DNA of 64,000 bases from a virus. Made by a program: the position numbers and the translations under genes. Positions 18,612 to 30,773 of the stretch are shown here, one piece after another (position 1 is the first letter of the stretch; the number at the start of each line of letters is the position of its first letter). Below the pieces are notes generated by a model. That model was given only the letters and a program-made list of their open reading frames with translations, ran no database searches and had not been told where the DNA came from. The DNA is taken from the IMG/VR virus record IMGVR_UViG_3300031760_000017. One strand, 5' to 3'.

Positions 18612-21600
18612 TTATTTTCTTCTCATAGCACGTTGAGCCGCTAAATTAACTAAATCATTTAAAGCTTCTTCAATCTATTGTTTACTATTTACAGCAGGGA
18701 AAGATGCTGAAATCTGAACTTTTTGATCAATAACATCACTAAGAGTTGAAGCTGAATTTAAAGAAAATCTATCAGTAGAGATTTTCCCAATTTTATTTAA
18801 TAAAGATGTTCCTATATTTTTTGTAATAGATCTTAAAATAGAAACACTATTTAAAATATTTCTAGTATCTTCTGAATTTAAAACTAATTCTTTTTCATCC
18901 AATATTGCTAAACGACCTTGTTTTGAATTCCAACTTCCTGTATATCCACCTGTATCATATCTTTTTATTTTTCTATTATAAAGTCCAACAGGATCATTTA
19001 TATTCATATGAAGAACGTCATGATTATCTAAATGTCTAAGATCTCCAACTCTATTGCTATTATAATCATAGACTCCATTATCAGCTCCTCTTCCCCATCT
19101 ATAATGATTTTCTGAGCCATTAGGATAATATGTTTCAGATTCAGGCTCTTCATAAGAAACAGTATCTTGCATTCTGTTTAAAGCATCTTGATAGCGGTCA
19201 GCAGCAGACTACATTCTACTAGCATTAGCTTCTGCATTACTTGCTAAAGCATCTAAAGCCGCTTGAGCTTCATTACTATAATCCCAATCAGCATCCGCCA
19301 TTCGAATCCTCATATCTTCATAAGTCTGCGCAGTTGCCTAAGCTGATGCGGCAGCCTATTGCTAAGCTTGAACGAAATCATATAATTGAGTAACTGCATT
19401 TGCCGCAGCTGTATAAACAGAATCATAATCATAAACAAGAGCTTGAGCAGCATCTCTTAAATCTTGAATAGCAGATAATTCATCAGCCATTCTATTGATT
19501 AAATCATCATTAACTTCAATTAATCCAGTAAATTCATCTATTAAATTATCTACTCCATTTTGAACATCATTTAAATCTATACCAGCAGTATTAGCTAAAC
19601 TATCAAGTTCTTGCTAATAATTAAAAGTAGCCTCATGAATCTCTTCAAAAGCTTCTTGACAAGATGGTATAAAACCGCCCTATCCCGCAACTTTATCAGA
19701 CATCTATTGAATACCGCTATTCCATGCTGGAACTAAATCGCCCATTAGAATACCTTTTTCATCATCTGTCATCTTTTGATAATTTGCAACATCTATGTTA
19801 TAAATTGCGGCAATCTCATTAAAAGCAGATTCAGTTAGATTTTTTCTAATATCAGAATTTTGTTGAGCTTTATTATTAATATATTCTCCATATTGCTCTT
19901 TTAATAAAGCTAGCTATCTAACTCTTTCTTCTTCTGTTAAAGAAGTATCAGTAACTATATCTTTATATTTCTATTGGAAATCTCTCCAAGCAGAAAGCAT
20001 TTCCTATAAATTATTTTGATAACGCTATTTATCAAAATTATATAATTCATTTTGAGCACTAATTAATCCTTGTTCAGCATCAAAAATACCATTTTGATCA
20101 GCAACATATTGATAAGAATAGTTACCTTGTGAATCACGTTTTAATCTTAAAGAAGTTTTACTTGCTCTTATATCTTCTAAAGCAATTCGTGCTTGTTCAA
20201 TTTGAAGCATCTTCTACGCTCTATCTACATCATATTGAGTAATCTTCTATTTATTCTTTAAATTATCTAATTGCTCATCCATAACTTTCTTTAAAGCTTG
20301 TTGATGTTTCAATTGATTTGGATTATTTAATGATTTTTGGAACTTATTTTGTAAATCCTGAAGAGCAAAAGCAGCATTAATTGTATCTAAGTATTCATCC
20401 GCATTTTTATTCATTAAATCCCATTCATCACTTAAATAATCAGTACCTTTTCCGTCTGTAATTTTCTTATCTAGCTAATCAAAAATTTTATCAATAGCAT
20501 TACTGTATTTTTCACTGATTGTTTTTGCGGAAGTTTCTATTAAAGAATTGATTTCCTTAATAGCGTTTTTATAATTTTCTTCAAATTGTTTTGCCGCATT
20601 AGTATCTCCCGCTAATAAAGCTTGCTACCATTCTTGTTTCCAAAAAGCAATCTATTTTCTTAAAGCATCTATTTGATTATTTTGATTTTTTTCTAATTCA
20701 GCATAATAATTTTCCATAGCTTCATAATTTTCATCACCATAAAGCAATTTTAATAAATCCATATCATGCTAAATTAAATCATTAATAAAATCATAATCAT
20801 CTTGTTGTTTCTCAAATTGTTTAGAAATATCATCAATAGTATCTAAATAAGCTTTATCAATATCCGCAATTAAATCTTCAATATCCTACATTTGTTTCAT
20901 TAATTCGGATAAATCACTTTTTAAATCCGCCATAGCTTGTGCTTTATTATTACCATAAATTGCGGAAGTTCCTTTTTTATCTATATCTTCTATTTCTTTA
21001 CGAGTATTTAATAATTGCTATGTTAATTTTTGAACAGTACCTATTGAACCATTTATATTAAAGAAAGAATCTAAATCCATAACATTTTTAGTAGCATCTT
21101 TAAAAATCTTATCGAAATCAGTATCTTTCATAAAATCAGTTTTATTAATTACATTTCTTACAAACTAATTCCAATCTTTTGCAGCTTCGCCCATCTATAA
21201 TCGAATTTCAAGCTACATTCTAAATTTTTTAATATTAATTTCAATCTACTTTTGGGCAATCTATTCAATCTAATCTACTATATCTTCCATGCTATTTCTT
21301 AAAGAATCATAATCTTTAATTTTAGCTTGAGTATTTTTTAAATCTTCTTGAGCAGATTGCACAGCTTTATCATAAGCTGAAATTTGTTTATCTAATCCTT
21401 CTTTATAAGTTTTATCAGTAGAAGCATTATAAGATTCAATTAAACTATTCTATTCATTTATTAATCTATTAACCGCATCTTGTTTAGCTTGTAATATAGA
21501 CATATAATCATTTATATTTCCATATTCATCAAAAGTAACTCCTAATGAATTTAGAATTTGCTGTTGATTAGCTAAATCTTGTCTTTGAAGCTATTGCTTT

Positions 21601-24600
21601 TCTTTTAATTTTCTTTTTTGAGCTTCTAATATTGCGGTTTGTTTATTTAAATTATCAAGTAATTGTTTACCATATAATTTATCTTGAATTTTTTGAGTTC
21701 GCTCTAAATCACGATTAATTTTCTTTATTTCAATGTCAATATCGTGATATAAATCTTTCTCTTGCTCTATTGGCTTTTTAGTATTTTTAGTAGAAGTATT
21801 AGTATTATCTTTTGCAGTTTTATCTGCTGCTTTTTGAGCTTTTTCAGCCTCAGCTTTTCTCCTTGCTTGACCCTTTGCTCCAGCGCCATTAGCAGATTTT
21901 TTATATTTAAAACCACCACCAGAAGTTTTATGTGCGGAAACAACTTTTAAAGCAAATGCAGTATGCTATTTAGTTTCCGTATCATCCGCAGGAACTGTTT
22001 TATAACGAATAGTAGGCACTCTATATGTTACCTAACTTCCATCTATGGGGTTTACACCAGTAACTTCTCTATTTGTAACTTCAGCTTCTGCGCCAGTGTA
22101 CTGAACTGTATCTTGCGCAGTTGTTTTTTGCTAGATGATTTCAGCATCTACACCCATAGAAGCTAAATAATCTGTTGCTTGTTTTGCTGTCATATTGGCA
22201 GCATTTACCATATTACTTAATTCTTTTAAGAATCCTTCATTATCCAATGAAGCTCCGATTTTTAAATCCTATAAATTTTTACCCTAATAATATAATTCCA
22301 TTATATCATCAAAGTCTTTCTTAAAAGCTTCTGTATCTAAATGAATTTGGGTAGCAATATCTTGTCCAGCTAATTGCATTAATTGATCATAAGCTTCTAC
22401 ATTACCATCAATTGCCGCCTTCATTAATTTTAAATTCTCAACATTTGTTAAGAAATTATTAGATAATGACTAACCATCTAAATCAAGTAAATCAGCATAA
22501 GCATCTCTTAATCCAGAAATTGCCTATGATTGTTCTTGCCAAGAGCCACTTTGTAAAGCTCCTAGCCAAGTATCATAATTATCAACAACATCTTGAATAG
22601 CATTATCAAATCTTAAAATTGATTCAGCAAGTTCTTCCGCACCTTCACGATCCTATTTTAAAACTTTTGATAATTCTTCACTTTGCTATGATAAACTTTG
22701 AATATCTTTAGTAAGATTTGCATAAGCTGTCTCATCAACATCCGAATCTGTTGGAAACATAGCATCATGTAACTGATGAGCAAGTTTTTCTTCTTCCTAT
22801 TTTAACTAAGCAGTCCTATCACTTAAATCTTTAGTTTGATCACCTACTTTAGCAACAGCATCATAAATCTACTTTACTATACCTGGAAACTCCTAAAGCC
22901 ATTCTTTTGATTTTTGTTGCTTTTCAATAATAGCTGTCCATTCATTTATAATAGGCTAAGTGGCTCCATCTGTATCTTTTAAATATTCAATTTGTTTCTT
23001 TAATAAATCAAAATCAGCATGATTATTTTGAAGAGCTCTATTATCTAATTCATCATAATCATACTGTTTCTAAGATAATAATTGAACTCTATTTAATTCA
23101 GATTCAATCTAGAATAAAGTATTTTTAAATCCTTCTAATTTTAAATTATTAATAAGTGTATAGAACTATTCTGCATCTTCAGTCATTTTATATGACCCAT
23201 TAGCCATCATAGTAAAGAAAGATTGAATCTAAGGAGCTAAATCTCCAAATTCAGTTTTTGAAACGCTCTTTCCACTTCTAACTTGATCTTCAAGAGACTG
23301 ATAAAAAGCATAATTCTCTGCAGCGTCTCCCTGCATAGCAGAAATTTCTTTTATATTAGAAAAATCTGCATGTGAGATATTATCAACAACATTACCTAAA
23401 GTATCCCAGTTAGAAAATATTGATGGAGAAAGTTCAAAAGCTTTAAATAATTCCTCTAAATGTTGTTCATCTAATTCAGATAAATTTTTAATTATTTTAT
23501 CCGGAATTATTCCTGATGCTTTTTCTTGAATTTTATCAATAATTTTACCAATTTCATTATATTGATTATAAAGTTGAGACTATTCAGTAAGAAGATATGA
23601 ATCAGCTAATTCTTTTGCAGTTGTATCTCCTACAAATTCACCCTGCTATTCTAAAGCTGCTTGTAATTTTTGTCTTTGTTGTAAAAATTCTCCAGCATTT
23701 GTTACATTAGAAAAATCAAGGACGCCATGAGCTTCTTTTGATAATCCTATAAAAGCTGCTTGATTTTCATTAACATCTTTCGAAGCGTTGTCAAAAGCTT
23801 CCATCTATTCTGCTGAATCTGCAACCCATTGTGTTAAATCTTTATACCATTGAGATTGTCTCTATTGTTCGCTTAAAGTTTTGCTTAAATCTTCAACAGC
23901 TTTTTTAACTCTAGGATACATTATTAACAAGGACTATAAATTATAATCAACTTTATATTCAATAGTTCCATTATCTTGTTGGCGAAAACCATTTTCACTT
24001 AATATCTCTTTAGCTTCATCGCTCATTCTATTGCTACCAAAAGATAAAGCATAATCAATTTGATTGTCTTCACCAAGTGAACCTTTTACACCACGTTTTC
24101 CTTGAAGTTCAAAAGAGCTCCATAGGTTTTGTTTTGCTGCTTCATACTATTCTTTACTGGAATTATATTTTTTCTAAGCTTCTTCAGCTTTTAATTCTTT
24201 TAAAGTTTGAATTAAATTATCATAATTATTACGTAATCTATCTGCCGCATCGCCTTCAAGACCATATTGATTAATTAAATCTTCTATTCCTGATTTTAAA
24301 TCAGATCTTGTAATCTAGCCTTCTTTATATTTTTGATTTAGCTCTTCAATAGATTTATATAATTCTTGATTTCTACTTAATTGTTCTTGAAGTGTATTTG
24401 CTTCCTAAATAACTGATTCATTATGTTCAATTTGTGCTTTTCTAGCCTATTTACTTTTATTTATTAAAAAACCGAGTGCTGTTACAGCAGCTAATGCAGC
24501 TGTAATAAAAGCTCCTAATGGAGTAATTGTAATAACACTATTAAGAAATTGAATTTGAAAACCTGCTTCTGTTGCAGCAGCACCTATAGCACCAAATGAA

Positions 24601-27263
24601 ACGGCCTTAGCTCCATTAGAAGTAATAACAGCTGCCGCTTCTGCTGTACTCTTTCTAAATTGATAATTTAAAAGATTAGTTGCTTTTCCAACAGCCCCAA
24701 TTCCTTTAATTAACATTGGTAATGAAAAAGATAAATTTGTAACAATTTGAAGTATTCTTTGTCCAGTAGATAAATCCTGATTTTTCCAAACACTTCCTAA
24801 ATGTTGAATTTGTTGAATAGAAGACCCAATTCGAGCAAGACCTGCAGCAGCTTTTGCATATTCCTCAATTCTAACAGCTCTGTCTTTATTTGACATCTCC
24901 CCATTAAAATCGTTTTGTTTTGCATTCATTTGACCGCGCAATTTCTACAATTCAGGAACAATTTTTGGATCATTATAAACCTATTTAAAAATTTTTTCTA
25001 TTTTTGTTTTAATTTCATTACCACTAGTTTCTGTTATTTCTGCTAATTTATCAAAAAAATCTTTAAATTTTTGAAAAGTTTCTTCATTTACACTTTTAGA
25101 AAATCTTTTAGGTAAATCTTCATATAATTGACCAATCTCTTCAATAGCTTTTTGAGTTTCTTTAGAAAACTATTGATTACTAGTCATTTCATCAAAAACT
25201 TCTTTAAGATCTTTTGCTCCTAATCGTAAAGTAGTAAAAAAACTTCTTATGCCATCTTGCCCTACTTTATCAAATATATTTAAAAACTTTTCAGTTGATT
25301 GAGAAACAGACTCAGTTGATTCTTGAAATTCATCATATTCTTGCTAACATTTTTCTAGCATATTTAATATTTCATCAATTTTTTCAGGCTTTCCAACAAT
25401 ATTTTCTAATTTTGTCGTACCTAACTCTTGTCCTGAAATTCTATCTATTAACTATTCTAAAGGTTGTTTTTGTTTAACTAAAGTTTGAATCTAATTTCCA
25501 ATATTAGTAATATCATTTAATAATTTTTGTGCTCCTTGAAATTCTTCTGGAGACATCATTCTTGATAGTTCTAATAAATGTTCTCTATCTTTTAATAAGC
25601 TTTTACTTACTTCATCTAATTCAGGAATTCCTTGCCAATCTTTTGTTGCTTGTAAGGCATTATCAAATTCTCTAGCATTACTATTTGCAATCTCAAGGTT
25701 AGTAATAGTTGTATTTATTCCTTTAGCAATTTGTTCACTAAAAACAGCAACCCCAATAGCTCCAAGAGATTGTAATAATGCCTTACCTCCGCCTAAGCCA
25801 TCAATAAAGTTTGCAACAAAAACTGCAACACCCGATAATGCATCAGTTATACTCTTTATAGAATCAACATCAATTAAACTATCATATACATCTTCAACGG
25901 AAGCTTTTAATTGCTTTAAATGCGCGGCAGTTGAATCCATATATATATCTTGTTGCTTTTGTAAGGTACCTGCTGCATTTTGCGCTGTATTTAATGCTTC
26001 ATTATATTCTTCAAAATTATCAAATAAAGCAAGTAAATTATTATATTGTCTTTGACCAGCCATTGTTTGAGCTAAATAAATTTGCTGTTCACGAGTTAAA
26101 TCATCCCAACGACCGCCAATTTCTTCCATAACTTCGCCCATATCACGAAGATTTCCATTCATGTCAAGAACATTAAAACCAAGTTGTGCCATTTGACTAG
26201 AATATCTACCAAGAGTAACTCCATCTTCATCAATTCCAGCTTTAATATCACTAATACGAGCATAAACAGTTCTTAAAGCTGTACCAACACTCTAAGGAGC
26301 TTGTCTTGTTGCAGAAATAATAGTTGATAACTGTGCAGCTAATTGCTATTCACTAACACCCATTGTGGCGGCCGTACTTGCAACTTTACCCATACCTTTA
26401 CTTAATTCTTCAAGATCTGATGCGGTTGTTGCAGCAACAGCAGCTAATCTATCAATATATATCTAAGCCTAATCCGCATTAACCTTATAACCATTCCAAA
26501 CGGCAGTTAACTGTTCAGAAACGTCTGCTGTTGATTGATTTGTAACATTTGCTGTTTTTAATGTAATTGCGGTTCTAGCCTAAATTTCTTTATCTGATAA
26601 ACCCTGTTGAGCATAAATTAAAGCAGCATTAGTGTAATCTACTGTTGTAGTGCCTAGTTGTTTGGCTGCATTATTGGCTTGCTCTGCAAATCTTCCCATT
26701 TCATCAGCAGTCTTACTAGTAACGATTCTAATATCATTTAATGAAGTATCTAATGATTTAACATATCCAACTGCTTGTTGAATAGTACTAGTGAAACCAC
26801 GAAATACAGTATTAGCTAAATTATATTTTGCAACATTAACAAAAGTCTAAGCAAATTTATCAAGCACTTGATGAGTTTGCTTTAATTCTGCATTAACACT
26901 TAATACATGAGACGATAAATTTCTAAAAGCATTCTCACCAACAGCACCGCTCTTAGAAAAACTTTGATAGACTTTTTCTATTGAAGTTCCAGATTCATTT
27001 AATGACTTATTAAAACTTTCAACATTTGTAGTATTTAATTTTGCATTAAAAGCAGCTCTTAATGCTTTCTATACATTTCCAGCCTATTTCTGAATTGCTA
27101 TTAAATCGGTTTTAGCTGTATCAAAATCAGAATTATTTATTTTCATCATATCTTTTATAGTTAAATTTTGAATCTCTTTTAAAGATTTTTTTAACTAATT
27201 TAAACTCTGTTTTTGAATGTCAAAACCAATAGAATAGATAATATCTCCACCCTTTTTTGCCAT
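18612..27263 (-). CDS. tail tape measure protein (TP901-family N-terminal domain), about 2883 aa with TAG=Gln
   Basis: ATG 27263 follows AAAAGGAG. Track ORFs starting at 26192, 24941, 20210 and 19172 are all in its frame. The N-terminal region matches the TMP pattern (…GMGKVASTAATMGVS…LGFNVLDMNGNLR…). TM segments lie at about 24450-24700. The C-terminus is typical (DTGGYTG…LAILDEKELVLN). Spot checks found no in-frame TAA/TGA. Confidence 0.7.
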
Positions 27264-27375
27264 CCTTTTATCTCCTTTTTATATATTTAAAATCATGTGA
27301 TAAAAAATCTTCTTCTATATATAATATAAAAAAATGACATTTTTGATTATCATAACTCGACCATATACTTTTTTC

Positions 27376-27404
27376 TTGATGAATTATAAAAATTTTGATA
27401 TAAT
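27376..27404 (+). promoter_or_regulatory. sigma70-type promoter (TTGATG-N17-TATAAT)
   Basis: -35 at 27376-27381 and -10 at 27399-27404, in the divergent region between the TMP gene and the plus-strand block. Confidence 0.55.
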
Positions 27405-27463
27405 TTTAATATGAAATGTAAGAAAGAATATTTAAAGTTTATAAATAATATAAGGAGGAAGAT

Positions 27464-28210
27464 ATGAGTACATATGTATTTTCAGATTTACACGCTCAAT
27501 ATAATCTTTGGAAGCAAATAAAAGATTATATTAAACCAGACGACATTGTATTTTGTCTTGGTGACTGTGTAGATAGAGGTCCAGTAGGACTTGAAATTTT
27601 ATATGAAGTAATGGAAACTCCTAATATTACTTTACTACGCGGAAATCACGAAGATTTTATTGCCACTATTGGCGAAAAGATTTTAAAATGTAAATCAGAA
27701 GAAGATGTATATTGGGAGTATCCAGATGAAATATATATATGGAAAGCTAATGGCGCTTCAAATACTATTGAAGCTTTTCAAAATTTAAGTAGAAAAGAAA
27801 AAGAAGAGTTAATAAATAAAATTAAAAAATTGCCCACTTGGGCAATATATGAAAACAAAGATAATAAATTTTATCTTTGCCATGCGGGAAGACAGCCGCA
27901 AACAACAGAACATTTAATTGAAGGACGTAGCGCAATTATTCCAATGAACAATTATATTTGGGATAGAAGTCATATTTCGGATATAGTGTGGCGAGGAGAA
28001 AAAAATGAATTTTGTATTCATGGGCATACTCCAGTATTAGCCATAGACCATTATATAAATAGATATGAATTTTTACCTAAAAAAACAGATGAAATATATA
28101 TTTATTGTAATGGTCATAAAATAGATATAGACTTAGGTTCTTTTATCACTCATCGCGTATGTCTATTTAATCTTGATACTTTTAAACCAATTTATTTTGA
28201 AGATAAATAA
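27464..28210 (+). CDS. PPP-family Ser/Thr phosphatase / metallophosphoesterase
   Basis: Motifs SDLHA, GDCVDRGP and RGNHE. AAGGAGG RBS. Confidence 0.8.
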   Translation: MSTYVFSDLHAQYNLWKQIKDYIKPDDIVFCLGDCVDRGPVGLEILYEVMETPNITLLRGNHEDFIATIGEKILKCKSEEDVYWEYPDEIYIWKANGASNTIEAFQNLSRKEKEELINKIKKLPTWAIYENKDNKFYLCHAGRQPQTTEHLIEGRSAIIPMNNYIWDRSHISDIVWRGEKNEFCIHGHTPVLAIDHYINRYEFLPKKTDEIYIYCNGHKIDIDLGSFITHRVCLFNLDTFKPIYFEDK

Positions 28211-28276
28211 TTAAAATTATTTATATAAGCACATTGAAAACTAAATATTATATTTTATTAAAAAAGGAGAAAAAAG

Positions 28277-29851
28277 ATGATTTAGAAAATTGTAACTACT
28301 GTAATTCCAATTTTAGTACCTATTGTAATAATCGCTCTCTTATGCCTTGCAATTACCTTAATTGGTAAAGCTATGTATAAGAAATCTCCGCCAAATATGG
28401 CAATGGTTGTAACTGGACCTTTTGGAAATAAAACAATTATTGGTAAAGGTTGTTTTGTAATTCCTATTCTTGAAAGAGTAGACTTCCTTTCTCTTGAAAA
28501 TATGCAATCAGACTTTACATCTAAAGATGACATTCCTACAAAAGATGCCATCAATATTTTAGTAGATGCAGTTGCTAACTTTGCAATTTCAACTGATCCG
28601 AAGACTCTTCCAAAGGCTGCTGCAAAATTCTTAGGTAAGAAACCAAAGCAAATTGAGGAAATTGTAAGACCGGTTCTTGAAGGTAATATCCGAGAAATTA
28701 TTTCTCAAACAACTTTAAAAGAACTTATTCAAGGTGATAAAAAGAAACTTGCAGAAAGAATTATTGAAAATGTTACTCCCAATCTTCAAGATATGGGTCT
28801 TGAATTAACAACTTTTAATATTCAGAATTTCAAAGATAAAAATGGAGTAATTGATAACTTAGGTCTTCAAAACACAGTCCAAATTAGTAAAGATGCTGCT
28901 ATTTCTAAAGCAAAAGCTGAACAGGAAATTGCAGTTGCGGAAGCTAATGCGCGAAAAGCTGCTAATGAAGCTCAAATTGCTGCGGAAACTGAAATTGCAG
29001 AAAGAGAAAATAAGCTTACAATTAAAAGATCTGAATTAAAAAAGCAGGAAGATATTAAGAAAGCAGAAGCTGATGCTGCTTATGAAATTCAGCAACAGGA
29101 ACAGCAAAAAATAATCGAAATTGCAACTGCCGATGCAAAACTTGCAAGACAAGAAAAAGAAATTGATTTGCAAGAACGTGAAGTTAGTATTAGAGAGCGT
29201 AAACTTGAAGCTGAAGTTAAGAAAACGGCAGAAGCTAGAAAATACGCTGCTCAACAGGAATCTGATGCAAATCTTTATGCAACTCAAAAGAGTTCTGAAG
29301 CTGATTTATTTGAAAGACAAAAGAAAGCTGAAGCTGAACAGTATGAAGCAGAACGACGTGCGGAGGCTCAAAAAGCTAAAGCTGAGGCTGAAAAATTTGC
29401 AAAAATTCAGGAAGCAGAAGCTATTAAAGAAACTGGTACTGCGGAAGCTGAAGCTATTAAAGCTAAAGGTACCGCAGAAGCTGAGGCTATTAGAGCTAAG
29501 GCGACCGCTGAAGCTGAAGGTTTGTTAAAGAAAGCTGAAGCTATGGAAAGATATGGTGAAGCAGCTCGTGAACAGCAAAAACTTGACGCGTTAAAGATTT
29601 ACTTTGAACAGCTACCCGCAATTGCTGAAGCTATCGGTTCAGGCTATGCAAATGTTGAAAAGATGGTTATGTTCGGAGATGATTCTTCAAAATTAAGTGG
29701 TAATATCATTAATAATATTACTCAAGTTTCTGAGGGTCTTAATGAATCACTTGGTATTGATTTAAAATCTTTAATGTCTGCTTTTATCGGTGGAAAGATT
29801 GTTGATGCAAATCATACTGAAGTAACTGAAGTAACTAAAGAAGAAGAATAA
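28277..29851 (+). CDS. flotillin / SPFH (band-7) family membrane protein, 524 aa, TAG at codon 3
   Basis: AAGGAG RBS, then ATG 28277, ATT, TAG. The N-terminal TM helix IVTTVIPILVPIVIIALLCLAI is followed by an SPFH core and a long A/E/K-rich coiled coil. The track's ATG at 28373 lacks an RBS and would drop the TM helix. Confidence 0.75.
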
Positions 29852-29861
29852 TAATTTATGA

Positions 29862-29913
29862 CAAGGAGAATATAAAAATTCTCCTTGTTTTTTTTATAAA
29901 TTTTTATTATAAT
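29862..29913 (+). promoter_or_regulatory. fused terminator-promoter cassette
   Basis: Hairpin CAAGGAGAAT-ataaaa-ATTCTCCTTG. Its terminal TTG starts the -35 TTGTTT (29885-29890). The T-run forms the 17-nt spacer. TATAAT at 29908-29913. Confidence 0.65.
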
Positions 29914-29945
29914 ATATTTATAAAAATGAAAAGGAAATAAAAAAT

Positions 29946-30371
29946 ATGTTATCAGATAAAGCAATGTTAGAACTATGTCGATTGTACTATGATGAAGAGA
30001 CTTTCGAACATGTAAAAAGAGTCGCTGAATATGCTAAGGATATTTATAAACTTTATGATTATTATAAAGCAGGTGAGGAAAGATCTATTTATCATTTAGC
30101 CTTAGCTCACGACTTATATGAAGATACCGATATTTCACAAAATACTTGGTTTGATAATAATTTTGAAGCCAATCTTCAATTATTAACGAAAGACGAAGAT
30201 ATATCATACAACGATTATATTGCTAAAATTCGCAAAGAAGCAGTGATACCTACTTATAAACCTGCTTATATTGTAAAATTAGCAGACATGAAAGATCATC
30301 TTTCTCAAACTGAAACTTTAACAGAAGAACTTAAAAATAAATATATTTCTGCTATGAAATATTTACTTTAA
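29946..30371 (+). CDS. HD-domain protein, small alarmone ((p)ppGpp) hydrolase-like
   Basis: FEHVKRVA, LALAHDLYEDT and VKLADMKDHL match the HD_4 / RelA-SpoT hydrolase pattern (H...HDxxED...D). Confidence 0.6.
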   Translation: MLSDKAMLELCRLYYDEETFEHVKRVAEYAKDIYKLYDYYKAGEERSIYHLALAHDLYEDTDISQNTWFDNNFEANLQLLTKDEDISYNDYIAKIRKEAVIPTYKPAYIVKLADMKDHLSQTETLTEELKNKYISAMKYLL

Positions 30372-30386
30372 AAAAGGAAAATAAAA

Positions 30387-30527
30387 ATGGGAATACTTGA
30401 TGTTATTCTAATTATAAATATTGTACTTAAACTTTTAAATTTAATTACCTGGAGCTGGTGGGCAGTCCTCTGGCCGCTTTGGGTAATTTTAATAATTGCT
30501 TGTCTTCTTATTTTTGGAGATGATTAA
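30387..30527 (+). CDS. small membrane peptide (46 aa), paralog 1
   Basis: AAGGAAAATAAAA then ATG. MGILDVILIINIVLKLLNLITWSWWAVLWPLWVILIIACLLIFGDD. Confidence 0.55.
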   Translation: MGILDVILIINIVLKLLNLITWSWWAVLWPLWVILIIACLLIFGDD

Positions 30528-30553
30528 TATTATAAATAAAGGAGAAATAAAAA

Positions 30554-30700
30554 ATGCTTGAAACGATTTTAATTGTAAATATTATACTTAAATTTTTTAA
30601 CTTAATTAATTGGAGTTGGAGCGCAACTCTTTGGCCGCTATGGGCGGAATTAATAATTATAGCTATTTTTTGGCTCAGTGGAAATCTTGATAAAATTTAA
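30554..30700 (+). CDS. small membrane peptide (48 aa), paralog 2
   Basis: AAGGAGAAATAAAA then ATG. MLETILIVNIILKFFNLINWSWSATLWPLWAELIIIAIFWLSGNLDKI. Shares the NLIxWSW..LWPLW core with paralog 1. Confidence 0.55.
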   Translation: MLETILIVNIILKFFNLINWSWSATLWPLWAELIIIAIFWLSGNLDKI

Positions 30701-30706
30701 AATTAA

Positions 30707-30735
30707 TTGATTTTTTATAAAATTTTTAATATAAT
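30707..30735 (+). promoter_or_regulatory. sigma70-type promoter (TTGATT-N17-TATAAT)
   Basis: -35 at 30707-30712 and -10 at 30730-30735. Confidence 0.6.
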
Positions 30736-30773
30736 TATAATATAAGTTATTAAAGAAAAAAGAGGTAAAAAAT

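Noticed and set aside
21762-22166. Two plus-strand ORFs (62 and 67 aa) in the TMP region
   Set aside because: They run antisense to the continuous TMP frame, which I hand-translated across this interval. They have Cys/Phe/Ser-rich nonsense composition and no RBS.
3600-27263. Interpreting the fragmented ORFs as pseudogenes or a decayed prophage
   Set aside because: The interruptions are exclusively TAG, never TAA, TGA or frameshifts. The frames stay continuous over kilobases, and conserved motifs span the TAGs.
29036-29528. ORFs 29036-29287 (-) and 29121-29528 (+) within the flotillin gene; likewise 32721-32999 (-) and 32791-33057 (+) within the MVP gene
   Set aside because: They are shadow frames of GAA/GCT/AAA-rich coiled-coil coding sequence and give low-complexity K/L/R or F/S/L translations.
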